Shown here: positions 34,371 to 49,300 of the stretch, one piece after another
Layout of the letters: the number at the start of each line of letters is the position of its first letter
Position numbering within the stretch: position 1 is the first letter of the stretch
Assembly (NCBI GenBank): GCA_002633005.1
Contig: NMRA01000264.1
Coordinates: 145,102-209,101, forward strand
Reading direction: 5' to 3'
From: Phoronis australis
Taxonomy: Eukaryota > Animalia > Phoronida
DNA length: 64,000 nt
Program-made: the position numbers and the translations under genes
The notes under the pieces: model-generated
What the model saw: the letters and a program-made list of their open reading frames with translations, nothing else
Database searches by the model: none
Told to the model about the DNA's origin: nothing

Positions 34371-37300
34371 CTGCAAAAAATAAGAAGAAATTGATGTTGC
34401 ACTTTCTATGGAACACAAAACAGTGAACAAGTCTGTACATCACGGCAAAGCTGCAAAAAAGTAACACGGCTGATATACATAAATAAGAGAACCACACACT
34501 CGAAGCCTTTAAGGCCGACACCATATACGCAAAACATATTTACTAATACCCAGTTTCAAATTATCAGTACATTAATGTCAAAAGCAAGGGTTTCCCAGTC
34601 TTTGTTCATATTGTTTCATACTTTCTTAATTACACAAATCAATATAAACATGAATACATGAACCAGCAAGTGCCTTGGTGTTGTGTAGCATGTATATACT
34701 AAGTCTGTAACAGAAACCAAAATTTTGAAATCATGTCTATCATTTAATGTTGACCGTAGACAGAAGAAACCCAACATCCATCAGGGGAAGCTGACCACCC
34801 TCTATTCATAATGTGAATAGATGGAGAAAACTAGTGCCACCTGGTGAATTTCGAGCTTCTTACAACCAGAAGTTTTAAGAAACTACATCCAAGTGCAAAA
34901 GACAATACTGCAGCAAACTTTGTCCTGACAAAAATGTATGACATTAGATGAAAAATACATTAGTGCACAATCATGTAAGAGTTGTGAGGCTCTATGAGGG
35001 TCCTCCCACAATAGTAGGACAACTTGAGTAACTATGGTAATTCTTCACCTATTTAGCACACAATATGGCCGACAAGTGAAATTCTATTTTGTTGTCAAAC
35101 TTCCTCACAAAAATAAAGATAAAGAAAATTTTAGTTGCAGTTTGTCCATGTCGTGAAACAACTTTTGGTATTTTTTCATAATCAGCAGTAAAGTAATTGG
35201 CCTTTGAAAAATGAAAATTTTGGCAACTATTTTTTACAAGCAGAGAATAACTGAACCCTTTAATCATGCTAAAATCACCAAATGCAAGATAAAATAAGAC
35301 AGTCATCCACATGAACAATAATACACTTGTGCAAAGAATTATAGACACATATGAATAAGCTGCAGAAAATGTCAAAAATAATTTCAAGTTTGCTTTCTAG
35401 TACAAAGATTAGACAAAGATTATGACCACACTTAATCACATAAAAAGGCATGACTCTATTCTCCCAACACCCATAGAACCTCATGAAACATAAATTAGCA
35501 GGCAAATAACATAAGTCCCCCTTCCTATGAGTGACAATAACGGTGACTCAACGGGTCAGTAACAGGTATAAAAGGATCTAACAACAAAGCCCTAAAAAAC
35601 AAAGTGGAATTTACTTTGCCCATAGAGAGATTAGTTCACTGAAGCAAGTCAGCCTACCTAACACGCAACAAGCCGATTCAAATGAGTGGACTTAGTTTCT
35701 ACGGCTTGATTGTACTCTTGTTGTAACGGTGATAGGAAGGGGGACGGTAGTCCGTATCTAATAGTGCCCATCTGTAAAGAAGGTGAAAATTCTTGTTGGT
35801 TACATTCTGTTGTTACCTCGTCGTATGCTTCAGTTCTTATAAAGTTGGACGATTGGTTCAAGACACTGGATTTTAGTAAAGAAAATTTGTTTCACTGATT
35901 GAAAGATATCACTTGTTATGCAGGAATGTTTCCTGAATCACTGCTAAATAAATTATATATTTGCATTTCTTATTTACCCAGGTTTTCCAAAATGAATACA
36001 AACTTGTTTTCTGATAAAATAAAATGGCAAAGATAATTTAGGGAACATACAAGTTGGAAAAATAACCATCAGGTATTTAAATTAAGAAAAAATCACTTGT
36101 TGATAATATAAAATAAAATTACAAACAAAACAAGGTAAACCAAAGTGAAAATAATGAAGAAAAAAATAACTAACCAGCAGAAATGTTAAAAGGAGCATTT
36201 GGTCTCTTATTGACAGCAAAAAAGACTTAAAAAGCAGTTTTAAGTTAATCAGCCAATTTCGCAATTTTCATGTTTAGACCATTAGTAGACAGGAAAGAGC
36301 CCTTTACAGTTCCGTCAATGCTAATGGAACAAAGTTAAACGCAACAGCAATGAGCACCTTCCACAGGTAGCATTAAAAGTATTTTGCATTAATTTTGTAC
36401 CTACAGAGAATTATCCAACAACTACCGAACTGTGACTTACAGATTTATTGGCTACTGCACCACTTCCACGCACATTCACAGTAGATGTGGTGTACTTCCT
36501 CAAGGGGGCACTACCCATTCTCTGTGCGGATGCACCACAATATGGCTGACCTAGAATAAGACAACAAAATGTTAGAAAGTGATATTCCACTCCTGAAGAC
36601 AATGCAGAACAGGTTTTCACAGAGACTGAGAAAAGAAGAAAGTTTCAACACTAAAAAACCTTTATGTACCCAACTTCTGTGCCAAAAAAATAAATTTCAA
36701 CTAAGGAGGGGGGCACTTACCATTACAAATCAGTCTCCGTTTACAAAGGCTAGAAGTAATTTCAGTGCGCATAATATGACCAGCTTGGTCAAGCCAAATG
36801 ACTAAGTCTAGTCTGAAGCTGTGTCTAGTCAAAATAAGAAAGTGCCATTTTTTCAAAAATTACTAGTAATCTTATTACAAAAAATTGTGATGTCAGTTTT
36901 ATAACAACTGGTAGTAAGAAATTTGAAAATTAAAATGTTAAATGTACAATAATTTTGCTTAAAATATCCCATATCATGCACACACCTTTGACAGGGTCAG
37001 GTCTGGCAGTCTGCGACCGTGACTGTCTAACATGGCTACTGTTGTCATTGCCCATAAACTTAGCACGAGACTGAAACGTGTCCGGGTGGGTTGAAACACC
37101 GGTATACTGCCCATGGGGGTGTTTCTGAGCAGTCAAGCCAGGCGGGGTCGCTTTTTCTCTCTTCAGCAGCACTGGTTTGCACTTAGCGGCATTTACATCC
37201 ACCGTAGTCTGAGTGAGCTGGAGCTCACCACTAGCAGTCTGTTCCCACTTGGAGCTCTCAAAGTTCTCCAACAGATCAGGACTGTCTGCAGAAGCTGGGG

Positions 37301-40300
37301 CCTCTTCAAAAGCATTGGGTGTGAATCGATGAGCAGCAGTCGTCCATGCAATAGCCTGCAGAAAACATACGGAAATTTATTTCGTTGTGTTTGAATACAC
37401 CAAGCACACAAATGAGTGGCCTGCTTTAAGAATGATACTATTAGGGAGTCTTGTTGGCAATTATGCTTTCAAAAATATAACTATTAATTTTGGAAATGTA
37501 ATTGAACACTGCTTCAAAAGCTTTACTTACTAAATAAAAAAACAACACAAATTTGTAATTCTACTATGCAAAAAAGTTCTTGTTATTAAGTAGATTTGTT
37601 GGTGAAAATAAAAAATTACCATTTTTGTTGACTAAACAGTATAATTATCGCGACATAACTATTGCAGTTATCTCCCTATCATGATACAAGTATTGTAATT
37701 ATCTCCCTACCATGATATTACCATTGTAGTTATTTCCCTACCTGCCCATTGGGTTTACAAAGTATTGTGGTGCACTCAGGTCCCGTGCCCCATTTCTCCT
37801 GTTCCTTCCACACAAAGTCGGTGGGTGGCTGATGCATGATGGGATCATTGGCTCCAGACCAAACAGTGATCGTGGAATTAGCCTTGAACTGGGTACGTGG
37901 CGGGAATCGGTAGACAGCCACAGGATGGCCGCCAACGTTTTGCTGGACTAGGAATCCACCGAAGTCAGCATCCTAGAGCAGACAATCAAAAGCTTGGAAA
38001 TCATCATGGCAATTGCTTTTGCTACTAGTATACAAGATAATGTCTATTACCAAAAAATAAAAGGCACGCAAATATTTTATGTTTTTTTTCAAATGCTTAC
38101 TTCATTTCGAGGAACAGGTTAATTTGTATGTAGACTGGCGTAACTATGTGTAATGATGACCATGGACTACAGCTAACATACAATGAATGAAAGGAATCAA
38201 TTTACAATAATACTGTATAACTGTAATAGAAAGAAATAAAACTAAAATATTCGCTACAAAAGCAATAAAATAATTTTTTAAGAAATTCTGTTTGAAGAAC
38301 ACAAATTTCAGACAAGTAGCATACCTTGGAAGTCGAGTTGTTGACAAGTCGGACATAGCGGCCATCTTTGTTGACCTCAAGAATACGAATGTCGCCAGTA
38401 GCACTAGAGGTGGAGTTCTCGTAGTCATGTGACACTGAACTTGACGGGCGTTCACCTTTGTCTGCTGAGTGAGGTCGCTGATATGTTGTTCTTTCAAGAT
38501 CTTTGAACATCTGATCAAAATAGTCCTTACCCTGTCCTAAAGAGGCTGACACAAAATTTGCATCCCTCTGTGAGTTTGCTGAAAAATAAGGAAATAAACC
38601 GTCAGGTACATTGGAATCATACTTCTACATCCAATATCAAATATCAAAATATTCTCATTTTACTCTTTATGATTCATTAATTTACCATTCTGTGGTATTA
38701 CAAAACAGCTAATAATTAAAGACAAATTATCTCATCAAAGAAAAACAGATTGATTGGCTAAATTTTCACTAAAATCTGTGGCTTCCATATAAATAACAGC
38801 TTGAAATCCTTCTTTTCATCTAACTGATGACAAGATTCTTCAATTAAGGCAAGAAAATACAATACAAAAACGTTAAAATAATACAAAAAACAGATAAACA
38901 ACAAAAACACAATTTAAAAAATACTTACTTAAAACAATTATTTTGCCTGAGAAAATCTACAATAGTTGTAACAAGTGGAATACTATGTAAACACCATACC
39001 TGGGGCAGACTTGGCTCTCACTGGACCCAGAGGTGCAGAATGAGGAACTGGAGCTCCAGTAGGGGGTAGTAACTCATACTGCGATGCTCCGGGGGGTGGC
39101 GTCGACGGCAGAGGGGAGCAGGTGGGGCGAGACAGCACAGGGGCGTCAAGCACTGGTGGGGGTACCTCAGTCAGTATCTTCTCAGGAGCTCGGGTGACTG
39201 ACTTCAATATCGGAGACACCTCTGGTATAGGTGGCCTTAGTGGAGGAGTTGTGGATGGCACACTGACTACCTTGGTGGGAACGTTGCCATGTACTGCAGG
39301 GCTGAAGTGAATAGTGGGCGTCGACACAGCCGGGAAACGTAACCTGGAACAAATGGACATATATTCAGCATACTGCAAGAAATGATGGGTTTCAGCTCAG
39401 TGGTGGCGCTAGTCTATCTGATATCAGGAGGGGTTAAGTTCGAGCGTGTTGTCCTAAAGATAGACTTTTGTGATAGCCCCATAAAATGTTAAGCCACGGT
39501 ATTTTGGTCAGAGGTGGAGGGGGTATCCTGGGATCCCTTCAATCTTCCTATGCAGACTCCTTAAGTCTGTAGGAATGTAAAATCTTGCTGCTTAGCTTGC
39601 GAGAAACTAATGCTCACTGACATATTACCTTAACCAGTCCTCAAAATGTGTGAATATACACAATATATCCTCAAACCATGCAGTTACGTTTTCATTGAGT
39701 TCAAAGTTCAGTAGCAAGTTCACCAGTTTAGCTTGAATGAATCTGCATTTCATGAAGCTGCTATAGCTCTAAATTTTTTAAAACAGTTAAAATTAATTCT
39801 TGTAAACAATAGGAAAATTAAAAGAAAACTAAGATATAACATGATTGTGCTTTTCAAATACTGATTATAATTTTTGCTAAGATATTCGGGTACATACTTT
39901 CTCTCTTCCTCTTCCAACATTGTACGCAAAGACTCAATCTCAGCCTTCAGTGGTATATGAGCGTCGCGGGCAATGTTCAAGTCACGCATCTTCACGAACA
40001 GAACATCTTGCAAATCATGCAGCTTACGCTCTAAGTTGCGCGAATGTTCGATGTGACGCGCACGTTCCAACTCTGAGTTTTCCTGAACAGATTTCTTTTG
40101 ATGTTCCATGTGAATTAACTAAAACAAAATTTAAAAGAAAATGAACATTCCTTATACAGACATCATCACGATAAGCATTAAAAATATCGTGCCTAAAATA
40201 TAGTAATTAGTCTTGATAAAACAATCATTTATGACTAAAATGGCAAACATAATGTTTTACAATCAAAGTCACAAAAATGTTAGATTATTAAAATATCCAG

Positions 40301-43300
40301 TAACACTGACATTGTTCATAACTTACATCAGAGCTAATCGTCTGCTGTATTACTTGAATACATGCAGAACACTAGTGACACCTGGTGACTTACCTGGCCT
40401 TGCAGGTTGCGAATCTTAGCGTTAGCCTCCTCTAGTAGCCCAGACAACCGTGTGTTCTCTGCTGACAAGTTCTCCAGGCTGACTGAGTCTTCTCTCATCT
40501 GAGCCGTGAGGCTGGTCATCTGCACAACATACAACACACGCAATGGGTAAAAACGCAGGCAATGGATAAAAACACAGACAACAGGGAAAAACATCCAACA
40601 CCACACTGTTAATGCACAGAAGAAGAAACATTAAAATAAGGGAATACGAAATCAGATATGGTGACTCCCCATCTCCAATAGGTTCAAGGCCAATGAGATT
40701 GCCTTCATGGAGCACATGGAGTCATTATATCAGATTTCCATTTCCTTGCCCTTTATTTTTCAATTTCGTCTCTTTTTCATTCCATTCGCGCTGTCTATAG
40801 TCACCACAGTATCACCTGACAATTAAAAAAGCTGAATACTGGCTCAAAACCTAGTGATTTTATGTGGTTCGTAATGCTGGAGACTAAAGGTGTATTTTAC
40901 ACAATATTTTAGTATATTTACCTCACCAGAACCTATTAGTCGCATTATATGATAGTTTAAACCTACAATACTGACATCTTTTTTGTGAAAAAATACTATT
41001 TTATACTTGAATAAAACAAGAACATAGTATTACATAATAATTACACTCCCACAGCATACTTAGGATTAGTGAACAGTCTTTATTCGCCTTTCAATAAAAC
41101 TAAGGGATTTCATAGACAAGATTAGTTGATAATGGCTCTACACAAGGGCAGATCAATACAGAATAAAAGAGCTTTAAGAACGTAATGGAATATTCATGGA
41201 AAATGGCACTAACCAATCAATAAAGGAGAAGGGTTCACATAATCAATTTAGCACTCATTTTCACAACTTACAGCAGTTCTCAAAATGCACACAGAGCACC
41301 AACTTGTTAAATGACTATTATGTGAAAGTGTTATTCAATATTACAGTTAATAAATATTCACAACTATTCACTCTCAGTTGGTTGGTGTAACTCAGCATGG
41401 TAAATGAATTCACAAACATTTACAGGTTAGAACTGGAAACCAAATACAATCTTCACATTCACTTACTTGCAATACTTTCAATTAATCTTAGAAATCGATA
41501 ACTCTATGTCTTTACTGGTAACAATTTGTCTTAACTCACTTAAACACAAATAGGCCTTCATTTGTGGCGCGTACATACATTTTGTTTGTAGTTGTGCTCC
41601 GCCTCCTGCTGGTACCGTCGCAACTCCAACTCGGCTGATTCTCGTACGTGCGTCAGCATGTCTTGAAGCGATGTGTCTGGTCGGCTCAGCTCGCGTACTT
41701 TGGCCTCCAGTTGAAGTATAGTACTGGCGGAAGCCTCGAGTCGCTGCTGTAAGTCATATGACTGTTTGTTGTATACCTCACAGTCAAACTCTATCTTCTT
41801 GGAAAGACTATGCGCCTTGTCTTCAGCCTCTTGTCGCATGACCAGCTCCTTTTCATATCTAGGTTACGTAAAACAATGCATCAGTTTGAATGTAGATATT
41901 ACACTTGATTTTCAGGTAAAAATGGCCTAAGTGAATGAACTTAACTGGACAATATAGTGCAATGAATCATACAAAAATGGCTCATGACTTCACATGGTGA
42001 GTGCTAATTCAAGGAATCCATGAAAGCATCACCTTTAATTCAACAACATTGAACGTGTTGATTTAAGGGAAACACATAAATCAAAACAATGCTCATCAAA
42101 TCCACCATATTTAGCACTTTCTAACCAAAAAGTAACTTATCTGTAGCTCTGAAATCTGCTCTAGTTTGAAACACCCAGATGGATATCATATATAGGCGGC
42201 GCAACACTAAAATAAGCGGGGGCTATAGCCACATGTTTTAAAATGCAGAAACAATTTCTTTAACATTGAATTAAAAAGACGATTCTGTGAGATAGATGTG
42301 AAACAACCTATTCACTCAGTTGAGCCCCACACAACCGTGATAGCAAACATTCCACATACAACTCTTAAGCATTGTGAAGGAACAAAAAGCATCTCTCTCT
42401 CTCATGACCCAGATTTGAATTGTGTTGTGTAAGATGGTACAACTTGACAGAGACAAAATGCAAATTTTTTCAATAATGGCAATTGAAGGTGACATACATA
42501 TTTGCATGACTATCCCACTGCACTGTCAGTTATGATGCTGTGATGTCAAACAACATTTAATCCACACAAGAATTGAAAAATCGGTCTACCATCTGCCATA
42601 CACACATTTCATTGCGTTGTTGCCATTCCGTAAAACAGCCACTGAATAGCAGAATGAGGCTTGCCCGTTATGTCTACCAAAATAATCACCTGCGTGATTA
42701 CATATCAAGACCACACCCACCTGCGTTTGAGATCAGCATTTTCCCTGACAAGATGGTCGTTATCCCTGGTTATTTGATTCAGGTCATCATACGGCCGGTG
42801 GGACAGGATACGTAAATCCGCTAACTCTTGTTCTTTCTCTTTTATGGTCCGTTGGAGTCGATTGATTTCGTCCATCAATTTTGTATTTTTGTTCCCCTCT
42901 ATGGCAAGTCTGAAAGTAAAAATGCATTTGCTTTGCAAATAAGCTCGATAAAAAAAAAGCAAAATCATAATTATCAAGAACTTTTTTGCCGTGCTGATCA
43001 ATATATTCAGATTCCAGCCACTTTTGAGTAGAAATGACAGCACAAGTTTTTAGACTCTACAAAATTATTCCAAAAATTGTCTCAGTCACAACATTATTAA
43101 TAAGTCTATTGGTCCATTTACACGTCCAACCTCTTGACTATTTACATGACATTTTGGTCCATCATTTCTCCAGTCACCTTCACGTGTTACAGCATTCTTA
43201 AAAGAACTAACATGGGTATGCTGTATACACTTACTCAATGACACGTTTTTTCCGATTTCGTAATTTTCATTTTTTTCCTTCGGCATCATGGGATCTTGAA

Positions 43301-46300
43301 CCACGCACCTATCGGTAGTCGGTCCAGCACTCTAACCACTTGACCACTAAGCCATGCCAATGTAAACAGGATAGAAGTTGGTGTAAATAGACCAATAGAT
43401 GTCACCAGCAACGTTACTGCATCACCACCTCAAAGTAGTTTCAGGAAATCAGAGAAGCTCAGTTAAATGCAAACTAAAGTAAACTCTAACTAACCTGTCC
43501 TGCAGCGACGATGCCAGTCCTTCATTCTTCTGCATGTGCATATGGTAATGGGTCTTCTCTCGGCTGACATCGTCTAGCTGTTGTCTGTGAGAAGGAGAGA
43601 CAGATCGTGTACAACTACTTTTCACACATCAATTGTAGCATGAATAAGATGAGCCATAAGCATCTAAAGGAACAATGAGTTATATCATGATATTCAATAA
43701 TAAGAACGTACTGACACTAAAACAATACATCTCTTACTAAGCAAAAGCCCTCATGGACAAAAAAACTCATTTAAAAGCAGAAAGCTGTTGAATTGCATGA
43801 AACAATGGTATTTCAAATTCCCATCATAGGAACATCCAAAATAACAGAACGTCAATTGTTCAATGACAAACCCAACAGAAGTTAGTATATTAGTTAACAA
43901 ATTAAAACTATCAATTCACTCCAGAAAACTTACCTAACGGAAACAAGTTCCATTTCATATAAATTTTTTAAATTTCTAATTTCATCCTCCAGAATCTGGG
44001 TGGACTGGAGGAATGCCGTGGAATCCACATGATTCGTCTGCTCACTTAGCAGTTTCACGCGCTGGAGATACGTTGACAATCGGTCATTTAATTCACGCAG
44101 TTCCTGCTTCTCCTGAAGCCGATTCAGAGTCGGATTTGCAGCAACGTAATCACAACCATTCATGGTGACAGGTCTGTTGAGCAAATCAAAAGAGCTATGT
44201 TCCAGCACTGTGCTATAATTGCCAGTTCTGTAATCCTGTGGAGGAGCGTAGTGGTGTTCAGAGATGTCTTGAGTTTCCTCAAAGTCCTGAAGGCGATCGT
44301 CAAACACTTCGGAACTAAACCCACTAGTTGATTCCGTATCCAGTACACGTTCCTTCAATTGTTCACCGTTAATTGCACTTTGTTCAGATATTTCCTGACT
44401 ATTGTTATTATTCTGGTACAAAAACGTATTAAATTTAGTTGGCTTCAAGCCAGAGGTCTCTGCCTGCGAGTTAATATACGTGACTGAATAGCCACTCCGC
44501 TTCAAACTACCTGGTGGCGTAGAATATATTACGTTATGTGTCCGCGAAGTCACAGGAATGCAGTCCTTATTCTTAGTCAAACCAAGTTCACAATACTTAT
44601 TTGGATGGGCAGTTTTACTCAACGATAACGGTGGACTAGATTTTGCTTCTGGCCCCTGATTATCCTCCAACTTTCTTTCAGACCCACCTTCCTTTGGATC
44701 AGTACTCAAATCATGTACACCAGCTAAGCTGTTATTCCCTGAAGCAGTGTCCGCTACTCTGTTTGCACTATCTCCTTGAGTGTTACTGCAAGGACTCTGG
44801 TCACTTTGTAAATCCTCAGGAGGTACCAATTTAGTTTTGTTGAGTAATATTGACTTATTAGGTTGTCTTTCGAGCGTCACGCTCAATTCGGAGTCAGATA
44901 AACTACCCAGACTCTGTGTATCGTCATACTGAAGTGTAGTTCTCTGTTTTGGAGAAAATCTGAAAAAAAATTAAAATTACTGATGACTAGAACTTAAAGT
45001 TGAGTTGTTATAATGCAAATACATTTTTTTGCTACGAGATCAAAAATAAAACGAAGATTTAACAACTTTTCACAGTATCATAGGTGCGCTGTGACATTAT
45101 TTTTTAGCCGCCATCTAAAGTATGTGATGAAAAAGTTGACTCTCAAAAAGTATGATTCACAGCACTGTAAGATTCAAACAAAAAAAGGAAAAAATCATTT
45201 TTCAAAAGCTCACTAAATTGTTAAAACTGATCAGAATTTTAACACGTCTCCGTCCACGACTAACTGCAAACTTAACGTCTTTCTGCAATTTATTAGATTG
45301 AGACCACAACATAATTTCATTATTCCTTTACACTGTGTTCTGGATTTATTAGCAATAAAATTTGAACACAGCCAACAGTTAAGGGACAGGTCCAACACGC
45401 ATCAATACTAGACCGACAGTGGAGTGAATCCATGGAGACGGCAGGGCAGACTGCGCTGTGTAAATAACAATATGTATGAAGAGCAAATACAGACACAGTC
45501 ATGTCAAAACATCAGGAAATGAATTTTTAACAGAAAAAAGAACGAAACCCGATTCTCATTTGATAGATACAATGTGTAAAAAATCCTGTCTGTGACAGGA
45601 ATTATGCCTATCTTAGTCAACTTCAATCTGAATCCAAATATTTAAATTGGAAAACTGCCTATTCAAACAAACCGAATTTGACTTTTGAACACCACATTTG
45701 ACTAACCTAATGCAGAGCCTATGTGAACAGTCAATTTCTGAAATCAAATTTGAACTCTGTCATTTCATTTTCTTGCACGACAGGAAAATTAAAATGACTT
45801 TGCCAACTACTGACTGTTTGGGGACTGGGTGAATTCTAAAGTGCATTTTAAGTCGTTTGCGAACAATCTATTAGTAAACAGGATATTATCTGGCTATGGT
45901 AAACTCATCATAACTTTTGCTATCCTCTGCATAATGACTAAGAGACAATAAGCGTAATCATTTCACAAGCAACTTTTGATAAGCTTCATGTAAAAAATAC
46001 AATGAATACTAATAAATCCAAAACTTATAGACTAGCATAATCAAATAGAAGAAGGTATAAGTAATTTGACCATTTAGAACTAATTACTTTAACCACAAAA
46101 CCAGAGTTTCTAAAGGCAAAAGTGACAAAAAACGTTAAATTTCCCCTTCAACAGTTTCTGATAATTCACTTTCACCGACACGGGTTGTGCTTACAACGTG
46201 ATGTCATTTACTCAAAATCACCAGAAAACTCAACTTACCTAACATTTTTCCTTTTCCCAGACATTACATTAGTAATGTCAAAGCTTAACTTTCCATCAAA

Positions 46301-49300
46301 TCAGACATCAATATAATAAACAGTCCAATAAATGTCCACTGGCCCTCCCAAGACACTAGAGGCCTACAGGAGATCACCTACACTCAGTCACTACACAATT
46401 CTCTCCTGGTGTGAAACCACTCATTTGACTGGATGGCTTTATTGTATGGTCACCCTTAACAACAAGTAATCCTGAAGGCTAACAATACTAAAAGGTTCTT
46501 CAAACTAGCCTTAGATTTTCACAATTACAGTAGTCTAGCCAAATACACAAATATTGGGCTGGTTATGAAAAGACCTATGAGCTATTAAAATAAACCTGAA
46601 CATACCAGTGCATTAATAATTCTATTTTATGCATAAGAAAAGCGACAGATATTGTTTGTATTGCCTTGAATGAATACACAGTTGTTTGCTCTGTGTGTTC
46701 AATGCGCATATTATTCCACTCAAAGCATTGTGGCATGAAACACTTTTATGAATGAGATATGCTGAGAAAGGATTTATAAAATTGTTTTTAATGAGTAACT
46801 TATTTCACTGAAATGTCTAAAGACTGCGATAAAAATGCCGAGCCTGAATATTCATAAATCACAGCAGAAGAAGTGAAAACAAATAGCACCCTGTTTAATC
46901 TGCTATGATTATCCATGTTTGAGGTTGCTAAGGAAAATTGTGAGCCAGGGGAGATAAGTCTTAGAAACCTTCACAACCCAGAACATTGGTAGAAGATACA
47001 AAAGCTACTGTACATGAGTTGGATTGAAAAAGAGCAATGTCAGTGTTAGAAATTTTAAATATCCCAATTCGCTTCTAACTTTTGAACCTTGAAGATACTA
47101 AAAGTTTTTCATATGTTAAAAATAATCTTAGAACAAACAGTCGCATGCATTTTTGTATTTTTGTTTCCAAGTCCCTGTAGGCCAATCATGTCTACACCAG
47201 CCACCCCCCCCTCCCCGAGTCTAAAATTCCATTCCATTCTACAGCTTCAGAATATTATGGTTTACATAAAGGAGTGTCTAGTTCAAGTGTGCACTTCATC
47301 TTCATAACTTTCTAGGAGTTTGTTTAACGAAGATTTTGTTTTAGCCAATGTGATGTAACTACGGTGCATTCCCACAATAAAATAAGTACAGCACAATGCA
47401 ATATTTGCAGCAATGATTACATTATAACTATTATTACTATTATTACAAAACCCATCTAGAAGTTACACAGTATTCCTTCTAGAGTATTTCCTGACTGGAT
47501 GTTACAGTTTTGGGGGAATTAGTGCCTTTTAAGCCAAGAAAAGTTTAGTTCCCATTCTGAAAAATAATGAAAGACTAATTTAAACCATAACAGTGAAACC
47601 CTTTCGCGTAATTTTATTGGCTTCACTGAACTGACTACACTAGCAGAAAGTGTGACATAACTTTAACAGAAAATTTTTAGATTGTGGCAGTTTTACATTT
47701 GTTTTGTATTGTTTTCACTCAAAATGCAGCATTAAGAAATCCATGCTATCTCTCTAAATGGATGATTTTAAAAATTACCAAAACAAAAGCAACGCAGAGC
47801 GTTGAAATGCGCCCACAATTGCACCGCATACGGTATCCTTCTAGGGTTGTTTATTGGTACCATAAAGTGGCCAGTAGAGGGCATATATGTAGTATGTTGT
47901 ACTTTGCAAAATGGAAAGGCATGGTCCTTGTCTCCTCAATAGGCTAGGGGCAAAATGTGAGTAATCTTCATAATACAAGCACATCCTATACACCAGTTGC
48001 TTAAAGCACCACAGAAACATAGAATTAAAAACAAATTTACCAACATACGAGATTAGCACAGCATTAGAATGCCAGAAACAAATTTCTACTTGGAACTTTT
48101 CCTTCATAGTCACGAAGTAACACAAAGTACACACCTGAAGAAAATACAGAGGTCAATGTAAAATACTAAAATTGCCACTAGAGGCAAATACTAAAATTGC
48201 CACTAGAGGAATACCGGTAGTCAGAATCATCCTAAAGTCGTCATCGTCCGTTGTCAACATCACATAAATACACTTGCTAAATTTAGTAAAGATCCTGCAA
48301 ACGGTTTGGGAGATACAGCCATGGGCGCAAAAAAAAAAAAACCACCACTAGGAGGCGCCACAGTAGTCCAAATCATCTGAAAATCATTGTCAGCTGTCTT
48401 CCTTATAGTAAGCACATACACGCCAATTTTCACAATCATCCTTTGAGCGGTTTGGTTGATAGAGGGGTGGACGCACAAAAACAGACTCGAAAACACTAAA
48501 AATGGTCACTAGGTGGCGCAAACTATGTCGAATCCATCTGAAAATAGGAGGATAGCGTCATTTCACTAACAGGTGCCTACATACCAAATTTCATGAAAAT
48601 CCAATAAGGACTTGTGAAGATACAAAGGTAAGCGTAAAAAAATTAAAATTGCCACTAGGGGACACACCGGTAGTCGAATCCGTCCAAAAGTTCGCACATG
48701 CCGTCCCATTCATGAATGAAACATATGTGCCCAATTTCATGAACGTATGTCAAAGGGTTTTGGAGATAGAGCAGCGGACGCCGGACGGACGCCGCCCGGA
48801 CGGACGGACGGACAGAGATGACGGCATAATGCGTCCACATATAAATATGTGGGCACATAATTAATGGGTCTCCAGTTTTCTCCACGGGCTGGTTTAGCAG
48901 CCGGGTAATGCACCCTATTTTAATTTCAGTTGTTGAATTAGCACCCTGGTGGCATTCTGTAACACTCTTTTCCCACCTTCTCTAAATTTGTTTAACCAAA
49001 TAATGTTTACAGCCTCTATGTCTCACTGTTTAGTGTATTGCTCAGCCGTACTTCCTTATATTTTGGTGTAATCAGATTGGCAAAACAATATTTTATCAAA
49101 ATGCTGGTAATGTGCTCTTAATTACCAAAAATTTACTTAGGGTAGGCCCTAAAGCCCCAGATGGGAGACAAACACCCCCAAAGCTCATTTATTAAACAAT
49201 ACTTTCACCCTCATTTAATTTTGGTAAGTAGAGAGCAATGGAGCCTGCTACATGAATAACAAACTAGTAATCAACATGTTGTAGACTGCCTCCTCAGTCA

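Noticed and set aside
39393-39450. tRNA gene (A/B-box-like; also 43287-43353)
   Set aside because: No acceptor stem or cloverleaf; at most decayed SINE heads.
34215-44959. Canonical nuclear lamin
   Set aside because: No CaaX, no SPTR site, no clear NLS, a degenerate rod-end motif, and an LTD of LMNTD type.
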